A stretch of DNA of 64,000 bases, taken from assembly GCA_016931535.1 (NCBI GenBank), contig JAFGEP010000110.1:12459-76458 (forward strand), read 5' to 3'. The position numbers and the translations under genes were made by a program. This DNA is from Bradymonadales bacterium (GTDB lineage: Bacteria; Myxococcota_A; Bradymonadia; JAFGEP01). A model generated the notes under the pieces. It ran no database searches, had not been told where the DNA came from, and saw only the letters and a program-made list of their open reading frames with translations. Numbering within the stretch: the first letter of the stretch is position 1; every line of letters begins with the position of its first letter. This document shows, in pieces, positions 1 through 10,247 of this stretch.

Positions 1-1
1 G

Positions 2-2437
2 CAGGGCCTGGCTGTATCCGTTGAGCTTCTCTCGCAACCGCTGGAGGCTATCGGCCTGCTCGGCCCACTGTTGTGCCGTCCGCTCCTTCTGCAAGGCCAG
101 GGGAGCTGCGATCCGGCGCACCGCCTCCAGCTTGTTGGCGTGGTTGGAGTGCAGCTCGAGGCAGAACTCCTCCAGGCCGGCATTCCTCAACCGGTTGTAC
201 ACCACGTCGAGAGCGGCCATCTTCTCGGAGACGAACAGCACCGTGCGGCCGTTGGCGAGAAGGTCCGCCACCAGGTTGGTGATGGTCTGCGACTTGCCGG
301 TGCCCGGCGGCCCCTGCAAGACGAAGCTGTTTCCGTCGGCCGCGCCATAGACCGCCGCCAGCTGGGAGGAGTCGGCGTCCACCACGCACAGCTCCTGGCT
401 GGCGGGGCGATCATGGTCCATCGAGCCGATGTCGGTGAAGGGCGCCGCCAGCGGGTAGGACCCCCCGTACCCTTCCATGATGTGGTGGAAGATCGGGTTG
501 GCGTCGAGGGTGGCGGTGCGCTCCTGGAGGTCAGTCCACATCAGGTGCTTGGTGAAGAAGAACTCCGAGATGGCCACCTCCTCCCGGACCTCCCAGCGCT
601 TCACCGGCATGACCGCCTGGCGGAATCGCTGCATGATCTTGGGGATGTCGAGGCCGGAGTGGTCCTCGGGCAGCTCCTGGAGCAGGCGGGTGTCGAGACC
701 GAACTCGGTCTCCAGCTTTTTCAGCAAGGTGATGTTGATCCGCGGGTCGTCGTCGGTGAGGCGGATGCGGTACGGCTCCACCATGCTCCCCCGGATCAGC
801 TCCACCGGGTACAACAGGATGGGAGCGCGCCTCGGCTCGGTGCTGGACGGGGATTCGTACCAGACCAGCACGCCGAACAGCAGGTACAGCGTGTTGGAGC
901 CCGACTCCTCCAGGGAAGAACGGGAGGCCCGAAAGAGCTTGACGAGACGCTTGGCCAGCTCGCCCTCGGGCAGATCGGCCACGATCTCGCCCCGGCGAAA
1001 AGACTCACGGACCAGCTGCTGGAGCGGATCCTCACCGGTACGCTGCGCGATCAGCGCTGTGCTGCGCGGCCCCTGGAGTGTGGAGGGATCGGGGCAGGGT
1101 ACCAGCCTGAACGGCTGACCGGCGGCCAGCTCGTCCTCCAACAGGCCGATATCCAGGCTCAAAAGGGGAACGCTTCCCTTGCTGGTCGGCTTGTAGTTCA
1201 GCAGGCGGTTGCGCAGCGAGAGGTCCAGCAGCTTGGCCTTCCACCGGTCCAACCGGGTGGCCGGCGACTCCCGCTGCTCCTGGGCGCGATGGTCCTCGAT
1301 GAACTGGATCTCGGGCAGCGAGACCTGAGAGACCTCGGCGGCGGCGCTCTCCGTGGGCTCGATCAGAGCCTGCCACCCCGTTGGCCCCAGCTGCAACGGC
1401 AGGGGCCGGATGTGACGCTTGCGGGCAGCCAGGATGTCCACGGCGCAGTAGAACGGGTCGCTATCCTCGAGCAGCCGGCGACCGGCGGCGACGGCTCGGT
1501 CGAAGGACACGCCGGTCGCCACCGGGGAGGAGTCGAAGACCAGCGCCTCGTGAGCATCCACCCGCTTGCGCAGGTTGACCGGGTCTGTAGTGCAGCCTTC
1601 CGGAAGGAAGAGGTCCTCCAGCCAGGTGCCCACCCAGGCGTGTTCTCTTGAAACCAGGAGAATCGGGTTCAGGCCCGCCTGCTCCAGCGCTGCGGCCAAA
1701 AGGACGGCCAGATCCAGGCAGGTGCCCATCCGCTCCGCCATAAGCTGGTCCGGCAACCGGACCTTCTGGCCCGTCTCCTCGAAGCTGGCCGGCGGATTGA
1801 TGTAGGTGACCCCGGTCGCCTGCACGGCCGCGTAAATCGCTCCCGCCATGGCCACTACCCGCTGGGGATCTCTGGCCTGGTAGCCGTCGAGGGCTGGATC
1901 TCCGGTGAGCTTGGCCAGGGTGTCCCTGGCTTGCTGCAGGAGCCGGGCCACCGAAGGCTGGTTGGGAAGCACGAAGGCGGCCAGGATCTCGGGGATCGAC
2001 CGCAGCCCGCTCCACTCGTTGAAGGCCAGCACCTCGAACGGCAGCAAGCGGGAGGCGACCGGTCGGCCGCCGGCCTGCAGCGCGACCAGGATCGTACCCC
2101 TCTCCCGCTCGAGCTGGGTGGAGAGCCGTTGGGCCGAGAGCTCGATGTCGATGTCGCTCAGATTGTAGCTGCTATGCGCATCCACCGCGGCGATCCGTCC
2201 CGACCAGGGGGCGATGACCGGCGGGTCGGAGCGGATGGAGATCTCGATGTCCGTCACCTGCTCGGCATCCAGGTTGGTGATCCTCAGGGCCCGGATGACC
2301 GGGATGTCGTTCTGTTGCAGGGCAAAGTTGACCCGCGGGTCGTACTCGACGGCGAGATCCAAATGCAGGTCCGGTTCGGTCTGTCCCTGGCCGTCTTTGG
2401 AGGAGAGCGGGTTCACCTGGGGCTCTTGGTCGGGCAT
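2..2437 (-). CDS. DUF4011-containing superfamily-1 helicase (DUF3320/Vsr-type architecture), 3' end beyond the window
   Basis: Read by hand on the minus strand (absent from the ORF track because it has no stop in the window). ATG at 2437 with GGAG upstream. MPDQEPQ...VNFALQQNDIPV; RLDRWKAKLLDLSLRNRLLNY (DUF4011-type); NSFVLQGPPGTGKSQTITNL (Walker A) followed by VLFVSEKMAALDVV. Confidence 0.9.
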   Translation of the reverse strand, partial: MPDQEPQVNPLSSKDGQGQTEPDLHLDLAVEYDPRVNFALQQNDIPVIRALRITNLDAEQVTDIEISIRSDPPVIAPWSGRIAAVDAHSSYNLSDIDIELSAQRLSTQLERERGTILVALQAGGRPVASRLLPFEVLAFNEWSGLRSIPEILAAFVLPNQPSVARLLQQARDTLAKLTGDPALDGYQARDPQRVVAMAGAIYAAVQATGVTYINPPASFEETGQKVRLPDQLMAERMGTCLDLAVLLAAALEQAGLNPILLVSREHAWVGTWLEDLFLPEGCTTDPVNLRKRVDAHEALVFDSSPVATGVSFDRAVAAGRRLLEDSDPFYCAVDILAARKRHIRPLPLQLGPTGWQALIEPTESAAAEVSQVSLPEIQFIEDHRAQEQRESPATRLDRWKAKLLDLSLRNRLLNYKPTSKGSVPLLSLDIGLLEDELAAGQPFRLVPCPDPSTLQGPRSTALIAQRTGEDPLQQLVRESFRRGEIVADLPEGELAKRLVKLFRASRSSLEESGSNTLYLLFGVLVWYESPSSTEPRRAPILLYPVELIRGSMVEPYRIRLTDDDPRINITLLKKLETEFGLDTRLLQELPEDHSGLDIPKIMQRFRQAVMPVKRWEVREEVAISEFFFTKHLMWTDLQERTATLDANPIFHHIMEGYGGSYPLAAPFTDIGSMDHDRPASQELCVVDADSSQLAAVYGAADGNSFVLQGPPGTGKSQTITNLVADLLANGRTVLFVSEKMAALDVVYNRLRNAGLEEFCLELHSNHANKLEAVRRIAAPLALQKERTAQQWAEQADSLQRLREKLNGYSQAL

Positions 2438-2999
2438 GTCGCCTCTCCTGCCGGACTCCTTGGCTGCGGATCCGGGGCCTTTGTCCACGCGGTCGTATCT
2501 TCAGGCCCCGCTCGCCCTGTCGGAGCCGATCGAGGTGACCCGATTGTCCCCCATGGTCCGGGGGATAGGCAAGAGTGGGGTAATCCAGGGTCTGTTGATG
2601 TTTGGCAAGCCTGGATCCAAAGGCCGGTACAACCCTCGTTGAGGGTGTTTCTGCTCTCTGGGACCGTGCTGCGCCTTTCTGGGTGTACTTGTGAATACTG
2701 CTTTCTAAGAATTTCCCCTAAAGATTGTGGGGCCCTTGACCCGAGGGCGGGTGCTGGATACAGTGCATCCAGGCGGGCCGAACGATGCGAACTTCTCTCC
2801 CCAATGTCCATTTCGAGCTAGTTGGCGGGTCCGTCCCCACTGCCAGGTAAGTGTTCTTTGTGCTATCCAGGATTCGAGGTGCCTGCATTCAATCAGGGTA
2901 AAGCCAGTGGCTGTACGGTCGTAGTGGTAGCCTGGTGAGAGCAGAAGGACGAAGCGACATAACCGAATCCAGAGCCTTCCAAGGACCCGAAACGATATC

Positions 3000-3506
3000 G
3001 TGGTCGATATCATTGGAGGGGGGCCGAAAAAGGATGAGCTGGTCAAGCTGGCTCATACGTTGGGGGTTGAGAAACGCGTCAACTTCATCGACTGGATCGA
3101 TCACTCGAGGCTCCACGAGAACTTGATGAAGTATCGGGCGCTCGTGTCACCCAGTCTTGCAGATGCTGGCGCAACCACCGTGCAGGAAGCGATGGCCATC
3201 GGCTTGCCGGTGATCTGCCTCGATTGGGGAGGACCTGCACTGTATGTTGACCAGCATACCGGCATTCTGATCGAGCCGAAAAACGAGGCGCATGTCGTCG
3301 AACAGCTGGCCAGTGCCATGGATGCGCTCTGCGAAAACTGCGCTCTGGCCGAAGAGATGTCGATCAAATGCCGAGAAAAAGCGGAAGACTACCGCTGGTC
3401 CAAAGCGATCGAGGAATGGACAGCCATCTATACCGGTCTTTGCGCAGGGAAACGCCAGAGGTGGATCCCCTCCGGCGAGTCGCGCGAGAAGAGTGTGAGA
3501 TCTTGA
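3000..3506 (+). pseudogene. GT4 glycosyltransferase, C-terminal domain only (probable fragment)
   Basis: IIGGGPKKDELVKLAHTLGVEKRVNFIDW...PSLADAGATTVQEAMAIGLPVI. In-frame TAG at 2928-2930, so the N-terminal acceptor domain is missing. Confidence 0.65.
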
Positions 3507-3599
3507 TCATCGAGAATCCAAGGGACATCGGCGGAACCTCTCGGGCGTGGTCCGCATCTCTCCTGAGAAAAACCTCCACTCGTGAACTGGAACCTGCGT

Positions 3600-4766
3600 A
3601 TGACAACTAGCGGTACTGAGCATGGAACACGAGGCTACCATCTGCCCGCCTTGGACGGTGTCCGTGGGGCGGCGATACTCGCCGTGGTTGCCATGCACTC
3701 GATCGCGTTGTCCGGAGTGGAAGCGGGCGATGGCCAGCTGGAGCGGCTGGTTCAACAGGTGGGCATGAAAGGTTGGGCCGGGGTCGATATGTTCCTGGTG
3801 CTTTCGGGCTTTCTCGTCACCTGGATCCTCCTCAAGAACAGAGGGCAACCGGGGTATTTCCGCAGTTTCTACCTGCGGCGAGCGCTCCGGATTTTCCCGC
3901 TGTACTACCTGTTCTTGGCGGTCGTCCTGGTCATTCTCCCCTCACTGGTGACTGTGGGGCCAATTTACCAGGAAGCGCTGGATGAACCGTGGTGGCACTG
4001 GTGCTACCTTACCAATATCCAGATCCTGCTGCAGGGAAGGTTTGCCAGCCCGGTGATCGACCATGTATGGATGCTGGCGGTTGAGCTTCATTTCTATGCG
4101 ATCTGGCCATTCGTGGTGCTTTTTGTGCCTGCCAGGCGGCTTCGCAAAGTGCTGTATGTCGTCATAGTGGGAGCAACGGCATTGCGGCTGGTGCTCCTGG
4201 AGATGGGCGTGAGCACGGCCGGGGTGCGCGTGTTCACCTTCTGCCGTTTCGATGCCTTTGCCCTCGGCGGCTTGGCCGCCACATTCCTGCTTCAGGACGA
4301 GCTCCGGAGGTTCTGGCGTGTCCTGGTCCTTCTCGCGGCCATTACGGGGCTACTCGGTGCGCTTTCGCTCGACCGAGAGTTCTTCCACTACGTTGCGGTC
4401 CAGGGGTTCATTCCACTGGTCTTCGTCTGGATCATCACCCAGCTGGTACGCGAGGACGGGCTGCGGGTGCTCAAGTCACTCTTCGAGTTCGCTCCCTTGC
4501 GCACTTTGGGAAAGTATAGCTACGGCATCTACCTTTTCCACGAGCCGCTGTTGACCTGCCTCGCCCCGGCTATCGCTTCGGCTGTGGATCGGCAGGGACG
4601 GATGCCGGTCGTCGTCTGGCTTGTCGTATTTGTGCTCTTTACTGGATTGACGACTCTCCTCGCCTGGATCACCTACCACGGATTCGAGAAGCACTTCCTC
4701 AAGCTGAAAGACCGCCTGGCACCTGTCGCCAAGTGGACCTTCACCCCAACCGCCACATCCGAGTGA
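3600..4766 (+). CDS. Acyltransferase family 3 (OafA-like membrane O-acyltransferase)
   Basis: LDGVRGAAILAVV, GVDMFLVLSGFL, FYLRRALRIFPLYY, WMLAVELHFY, LGKYSYGIYLFH; many TM segments. Confidence 0.92.
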   Translation: MTTSGTEHGTRGYHLPALDGVRGAAILAVVAMHSIALSGVEAGDGQLERLVQQVGMKGWAGVDMFLVLSGFLVTWILLKNRGQPGYFRSFYLRRALRIFPLYYLFLAVVLVILPSLVTVGPIYQEALDEPWWHWCYLTNIQILLQGRFASPVIDHVWMLAVELHFYAIWPFVVLFVPARRLRKVLYVVIVGATALRLVLLEMGVSTAGVRVFTFCRFDAFALGGLAATFLLQDELRRFWRVLVLLAAITGLLGALSLDREFFHYVAVQGFIPLVFVWIITQLVREDGLRVLKSLFEFAPLRTLGKYSYGIYLFHEPLLTCLAPAIASAVDRQGRMPVVVWLVVFVLFTGLTTLLAWITYHGFEKHFLKLKDRLAPVAKWTFTPTATSE

Positions 4767-4826
4767 AACAGGTAGACCTTCCTTCGGGATATCTCCGGTC
4801 GATGTCTGAAATGACCTGCCAGGCGG

Positions 4827-6086
4827 TCAGTCGAGCTCGGTCACGAGACGCTCGTAGAACCCCGAAAGCGCACGGACGGACGCTTGCCAGGTGTATCGCT
4901 CCTCGACCAACCGGCGTCCCGCATCGCCTAGCTGCTCGGAGAGCCTTGAATCGACGAGCAGCCGGCCGATCTCCCTCGCGAAAGGCTCTGGATCATCGGC
5001 TATCAGTATGTCCTGTCCCGCCGTGACTTCGAGACCCTCTGCACCGATGGTCGTCGAGACGACCGCCTTTCCCATCGCCATGGCTTCCAGGATTTTGAGC
5101 CGGGTGCCTCCCCCGATCCGGAGCGGAACGACTACGACCGCCGCCCGCTCGATATACGGTCTGACGTCGTCTACTGATCCGAGGATCGACACGTCTGGGC
5201 CGGCCAGCTTTTGGCCCAGATCCGGTGGACAGCGGCCCAGGATCTGAAGATCTACCTCGGGATGGTGCGCTTTCACCCGGGGAAAAACGTCCCTGAGAAA
5301 ACAGGATATCCCTTCGAAATTGGGATAGTAGTTGATGGCACCAAAGAAGAGGAGCGTCTTCGGTCTTTGCGTTCCCATCTCTGCGGGCTGGAAGTACTCG
5401 ACATCGACCCCATTGGGTACGATGGTCGTTCTGGCCTCGGGGACATGGCGCTTCAAGATCTGCTCGTCCCGCCTGGAGGTCACCGTGCAGCCGTCGACCG
5501 CGCGCCAGGCACGGCATTCCTCCAAACGCACTTTCCGCCAGTTGACCAGGGAGTAGACCTTGCGTGAAAAGCCGACGTCCCCTTGAGCGGTTCGACGCAG
5601 GATATCGTACTCGATGTTGTGCTCATCCAGGACGAACCGGGGAGGGCGCGCACCGCCCCACCTGGCGTTTCTTTGGCCATGGATCGAACTTGTGTGCGTC
5701 CGGAGGATGTATGGGATCATGTGACCGTGGCCGACATGAACGATGTCGAACCGTCCGTTCTGAAGCAGGCTCTGAAGCTTGTGAAGAAAACCAGGGTCGA
5801 GATGTTGATGCCATTCGAAGCTGTGCCAGTCGAACAGGGAACGAAGCTGCCAGAGACGTTTTGCCACCGTGCTCGTCCCGGAGCGAATGACGGGGATGGT
5901 GACGACCCTCTGGCAGTATCGGCGTGCCGCATCGAGAGAGACCGACTGGTCCCGGGATGCGTCGACCAGCGACAGCAACGTGATCTCGTGCGACGAGGCC
6001 AGACCGGTCGCCAGCTCATGGATCCGACGCTGACCACCGAATGTCGGAGGGCTGGGCAAGTAGGGGGTCAGAAACAAGATGCGCAT
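4827..6086 (-). CDS. GT4 family glycosyltransferase
   Basis: Start placed at MRILFLTPYLPSPP. VPNGVD, PLRIGGGTRLKILEAMAMGKAVVST. Confidence 0.92.
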   Translation of the reverse strand: MRILFLTPYLPSPPTFGGQRRIHELATGLASSHEITLLSLVDASRDQSVSLDAARRYCQRVVTIPVIRSGTSTVAKRLWQLRSLFDWHSFEWHQHLDPGFLHKLQSLLQNGRFDIVHVGHGHMIPYILRTHTSSIHGQRNARWGGARPPRFVLDEHNIEYDILRRTAQGDVGFSRKVYSLVNWRKVRLEECRAWRAVDGCTVTSRRDEQILKRHVPEARTTIVPNGVDVEYFQPAEMGTQRPKTLLFFGAINYYPNFEGISCFLRDVFPRVKAHHPEVDLQILGRCPPDLGQKLAGPDVSILGSVDDVRPYIERAAVVVVPLRIGGGTRLKILEAMAMGKAVVSTTIGAEGLEVTAGQDILIADDPEPFAREIGRLLVDSRLSEQLGDAGRRLVEERYTWQASVRALSGFYERLVTELD

Positions 6087-6156
6087 GGTCGGCGGCCCTT
6101 TGGGCAGGTAGACCGGTCTGGACCTTTTCTCGGTTCCCGGCATTCACAAGTGGCGC

Positions 6157-7644
6157 TCATCCTATTCCACTCCCCGTCGAACGGGTTCGCAAGGCATTCT
6201 TCAACAGGGAAAGGTCCCGTGATCCGATCCCTCTCGTCAACACCACCAATCCCGCAAATGCGACCACGGCAACGCAAAGCCGCAGGGCCAGGTGCATGTC
6301 GCCCAGACCATACACCACAACGGCCATCCCGATGGAAGCGATCGAAGCCTTGGCCAGGTCCAACAGCAGCCCGGCCTGGATGGTCCCTTCCGGGATGAGG
6401 ACCAGGGCTGCGACCAGCATCACCAGCTCGGCGACCGCGACCGCCGCCGCGCATCCGATGGCTCCATTGCCCAGATGAGTCTGGGCCAGGGGAACCAGTA
6501 GCGCGTTGATGGCGATCAGGACGACAATCGAAATGGCTTTCGAGTACGCCAGGACACGCTGTCGATTGGCCGCCATGATCGCCGTCCCCAGCGTGACGTC
6601 GATGAACAGCAAAAAAAGGAACAGGCTCAGCGTTTGCAGCACGTCCGCGGCCGGCCGAAATGCCGCTTCGCCGTAGACGATGGCGATCGCATCGGATGCA
6701 AAGAGGTAGACGCCCCCGGCGGTCAAGGCACCAACATAGACCATGTACTTGATCGCCGTCCGGGTGACCTTTTGGTATCGCTCCGGTTCGCTGCCGTACA
6801 GCCGGGACAGGGTCGGGTAGAGAGCCGATCCGACGATGGTCGTCGGGAAGATGAGGACCCCGGTGAACTTGATCGCCGCTCCATACCATCCCACCACCTC
6901 TTCCGGGGCGAGCTTCGACAGCATGATGGCATCCACCGTGGTGTGAAGCGTGGCGACAGCGGTCCAGAGGAGAAAAGGGAGTCCACCGAGAAGCAAGGTC
7001 CTCCCGGCGCGCACACGGATACCCGACAGGGTCACAGGAAGCCCGCGCAGGATGCGGACAAAAACCACCATCGCCAGACCAGCCCCGAGGATCTGGGCCA
7101 GGATGATCCCGTTGAGCCCGGCACCCAGCACGACCGCCGCTACCGTGGCCACAGCGATCGAGATCTTCAAGGCGATCTGAGAGACGGCCTCACAGTCCAT
7201 CCGCTCCAGACCTCGAAAAACGACGCTGAAGCCACCCCCAATGGAGTTGACCAGGTAGAATACGACCATGATCAGGATGGCATCGCGGGTTCTCCCCGGG
7301 TATCCCAGCAGCCGGACCACTCCCCAGACGGGCAGAAAAACCACTGCGGTCGCAACGACTCTCAGGGCGATGCCGGTCGAGAACAGCTCGCCCGTCAGGC
7401 TGCGATCGCGGGCGACCGCCTGCACGACGTAGTAGCCTTGTCCCCAGTCGACCAGGATGAAGGCGGTCTGCACGAAGGCCATGGAGAGGTAGAGGATCCC
7501 ATAGTCCTCTGCACCGAGGTGGCGCGCCAGCAAGGCGGTGACCCCGAAGGAGATGAGCGCCGTGACGGCGTTTCCTCCGGCCAAGAACAGCACGTTGCGG
7601 GTGATCACCTTGCCCGTCTCGGCCAAGGCGGGAGCATGGGTCAT
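6157..7644 (-). CDS. wzx: Wzx-type polysaccharide flippase
   Basis: C-terminal part of the 1061-aa ORF, from MTHAPALAETGKVITRNVLFL. LARHLGAEDYG, EVVGWYGAA; many TM segments. ATG overlaps the stop of the upstream gene (ATGA at 7641-7644). Confidence 0.88.
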   Translation of the reverse strand: MTHAPALAETGKVITRNVLFLAGGNAVTALISFGVTALLARHLGAEDYGILYLSMAFVQTAFILVDWGQGYYVVQAVARDRSLTGELFSTGIALRVVATAVVFLPVWGVVRLLGYPGRTRDAILIMVVFYLVNSIGGGFSVVFRGLERMDCEAVSQIALKISIAVATVAAVVLGAGLNGIILAQILGAGLAMVVFVRILRGLPVTLSGIRVRAGRTLLLGGLPFLLWTAVATLHTTVDAIMLSKLAPEEVVGWYGAAIKFTGVLIFPTTIVGSALYPTLSRLYGSEPERYQKVTRTAIKYMVYVGALTAGGVYLFASDAIAIVYGEAAFRPAADVLQTLSLFLFLLFIDVTLGTAIMAANRQRVLAYSKAISIVVLIAINALLVPLAQTHLGNGAIGCAAAVAVAELVMLVAALVLIPEGTIQAGLLLDLAKASIASIGMAVVVYGLGDMHLALRLCVAVVAFAGLVVLTRGIGSRDLSLLKNALRTRSTGSGIG

Positions 7645-9206
7645 CGCGAGCCTCTGCTTGCCGAAGCATCTGCCTCGGTCGTTTTGGGCTCCTGAGCCCC
7701 GAGGTCGTCGAAACGCCGTACCGCCAACGCGATGCCCGCGACCACGCCGAGGAAGAGCGAACCCCTGGAAGTCCCGATGTAGAAATCGAAGCTGGCCATG
7801 ATGAGCCCCGAGGTAAAAGCGGTGATCGCCAGGAAATGAAGCGACTTGTAGTAGGGTTCGACTTGACGCCTCAGGCCGTGGCAGGATTGGAGGATGAGGG
7901 ACCCACAAAATGCCAGGAAGAAAAGCAGCCCGATCGGTCCCGCGCTCATCCACAGGCCGAGCAAGGTGTTGTGGGGATGATACTGCCAGAGCTCGAAGCT
8001 GGGGTCGATGTCCGCCAGAGGCACATGAAGCTCGAACGGATGCCCAAACCCGAGCCCGAACGGATGACCGGCAATGGTCCGCTGCAGGTTGATGTCTTCG
8101 GCCAATCGATACATGTTCGAGTCGTACTCGGCCGATCCGACCGAGGCCATCAGGATGGATCGAACCTGCTCCAGGGGGTAGCCCAGCGTCGTATCCGGTC
8201 GATCCCAGTAGATGGCGCCGTAGACACCGAGGACCACGAGGAGGGGCAACCCCCACTTGAGCACCACAAGTCTCCGCCCCGCCAGGAGGATCGGCACCAA
8301 CACCAGGCACACCGCGAGCGCCACGTAGCTCACCCGGCGAAGGTTGACGATCAGCGCCATGGCGATAAAAGGAAGGCTCACCAGGAGCAGCTCTCTCTGT
8401 CCCACGTCCACCCGGTGCAGGAATAGCACAATGGCCAGCAGGATGGCGGCGACGAAGAACATGGAGTCCTCGTGTCCCAGGATGTGCTCCCATTCGCCGA
8501 ACGCCATTCTGCGGTCGACAAGGAAGATCCAGTCCGCCTGCAAGGCCTTGAAGACGATGGGAACGAAAAGTACCCAGACCACCCGTTGAACGTGGGCCGG
8601 GGTCTCGATGAGCTGGGGTACCAGCAAGGCGAAGGCCACCAGGTGAACAAGGCCGCGAATCTGCCAGAAGGCCGGCCGCAGGCCACCCCCTGTGGCAAGA
8701 CCGTAACCCAGCATGACCCCGAGGCTGAGTAAAAACAGGATGGCGAGGGTGAGCTCCCCCGAAAACCAGGGCCGGCGTTTTTCCCTGGTCCAAGTCACCA
8801 GCATGCCAACAGCCATGGAGACCCACAGGACCTCGACGCTGTTGATGGCCAGAAATCCCATCCGCCTGGTGCCTTCCGGAGAGAGCAGCTTCCACCAGTT
8901 GTCGAACAGGATGGCTCCCAGATCCGTGGTCCATCCCGAGAGGGGAAGGAAGGGTTCGTTGGCCACCAAGACGGCAGCCACAACGACATAAAGTCCCCAC
9001 AAAGGCCGCGTGATCGTCAACCAGGCCATCGCGATGACAAGACCGACAAGGACGGCCCCGGATTCCTTTCCTCCGGCCATGACCAGCGAGAGCCCGGCGA
9101 CCAGACCTACCAGTACGGCCGACGCGATCTCGAAGACCAGCGAGGTGCCGGTCTGGTCTTTGCGTCCTGCCGTACCCTGGGATTGCCGAGGCGCCCCTTC
9201 TGCCAT
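7641..9206 (-). CDS. O-antigen ligase / Wzy-type polymerase family membrane protein
   Basis: Polytopic; periplasmic loop ending in HPFGLGFG...YHPHNTLLGLWMSAGPIG (Wzy_C-like). Confidence 0.8.
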   Translation of the reverse strand: MAEGAPRQSQGTAGRKDQTGTSLVFEIASAVLVGLVAGLSLVMAGGKESGAVLVGLVIAMAWLTITRPLWGLYVVVAAVLVANEPFLPLSGWTTDLGAILFDNWWKLLSPEGTRRMGFLAINSVEVLWVSMAVGMLVTWTREKRRPWFSGELTLAILFLLSLGVMLGYGLATGGGLRPAFWQIRGLVHLVAFALLVPQLIETPAHVQRVVWVLFVPIVFKALQADWIFLVDRRMAFGEWEHILGHEDSMFFVAAILLAIVLFLHRVDVGQRELLLVSLPFIAMALIVNLRRVSYVALAVCLVLVPILLAGRRLVVLKWGLPLLVVLGVYGAIYWDRPDTTLGYPLEQVRSILMASVGSAEYDSNMYRLAEDINLQRTIAGHPFGLGFGHPFELHVPLADIDPSFELWQYHPHNTLLGLWMSAGPIGLLFFLAFCGSLILQSCHGLRRQVEPYYKSLHFLAITAFTSGLIMASFDFYIGTSRGSLFLGVVAGIALAVRRFDDLGAQEPKTTEADASASRGSR

Positions 9207-9224
9207 CGCTGGAACGCTCCCCCC

Positions 9225-10247
9225 TCAGATGTCCAGGTAGAAACGCACCAGCGTGAGCCCGATCAATAGCGCCGTCACCAGGAGCAACAGGAGGTAGCTC
9301 CTGAAGGTGACACGGCGACTGACAGTACCCACGACGATGCAAAAACCGAGGAAAGCGCCGACCAGGGCCAGAGACGTTCCCCGGTAGCCCCGTCGAACCA
9401 GCTCGGCCGCAGGCGCCACCTCCTCGAGCAGTGCAGCGAAACGGTCGTCATCGGGCGCAACCTCGAGCCCCTGGCGCGCCAACCGTTCTGCTGTGCCATA
9501 GTCCCTCATCCAGGCCGCCGTCTGAGCTCGGCCGAAAAGCGCCTCGGCACCCCTGGGATTCTCGGCGATCAAGCCATCGAAGATCGGGATCGCCTCGTCG
9601 TGTCGTCCGATCCAGGAGAGAGTCCGTGCGAGGCCCAGGCGCGCATCGGGGTACCCCGGCGCCATGGTCAAGATTCCCCGATAGACATCGACCGCCTCGT
9701 CGGTCCGCCCTTCGGTCCAGGAAAGCACCTCGGCGAGGTGCAGGCGGAGATCCAGGTTCTTGGGGGCCTGAGCGACCCGCTGTCGATAGCCTTCGATGGC
9801 CTCGGCCCGTCGAGCCGGAATCTGGGATATCAACATCAGCCACCGATCTCGACGCGCCTCGTCGTCCGGATCTCCGGCCAGCAGCGCGTCCGCTTCCACG
9901 GAGGCCCCGTCGAGATCCCCCAGGGCCAGCAAGGTCCAGGCAAGTCCTTCCCTCGCGTCGGGATCGGAGGGATCGCTCGCGAGGACCCCCTCGAACTGCT
10001 CCTTGGCGGCCTGGTAGCGTTCGTCGTCAAGCAGCCGGTATGCCTCGCGAACGCTTGTTGCGACCTCGAGGCCCTCGGATGGGGCCGACTCGCAGCGAGC
10101 GTCATTCGGGAGCAAAAAGAGGCCGAGCACGAGAGCCAGGGCTACCGCCAGATCGGCGCAGGGCGCATCCGGCGCCAGCCGCTGTCTCTGGCCCAGCGTT
10201 CTGTCCGGACACCGCCTGTCTCCCTGTCGTGGCCGTGCTTGCATCAT
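9225..10247 (-). CDS. TPR-repeat protein with C-terminal TM anchor
   Basis: Starts at MMQARPR (ATGA overlap with the upstream stop). TPR-like units such as DPDAREGLAWTLL and YPDARLGLARTLSW; two hydrophobic helices at the C-terminus. Confidence 0.8.
   Translation of the reverse strand: MMQARPRQGDRRCPDRTLGQRQRLAPDAPCADLAVALALVLGLFLLPNDARCESAPSEGLEVATSVREAYRLLDDERYQAAKEQFEGVLASDPSDPDAREGLAWTLLALGDLDGASVEADALLAGDPDDEARRDRWLMLISQIPARRAEAIEGYRQRVAQAPKNLDLRLHLAEVLSWTEGRTDEAVDVYRGILTMAPGYPDARLGLARTLSWIGRHDEAIPIFDGLIAENPRGAEALFGRAQTAAWMRDYGTAERLARQGLEVAPDDDRFAALLEEVAPAAELVRRGYRGTSLALVGAFLGFCIVVGTVSRRVTFRSYLLLLLVTALLIGLTLVRFYLDI

Noticed and set aside
71-1651. 526-aa plus-strand ORF
   Set aside because: Antisense shadow of the helicase gene, which carries the recognisable motifs on the minus strand.
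7645-9342. N-terminal ~565 aa of the 1061-aa ORF, suggesting a giant flippase fusion
   Set aside because: It overlaps the Wzy-like gene in another frame and reads as Arg/Gly/Pro-rich off-frame sequence; the real flippase starts at 7644.
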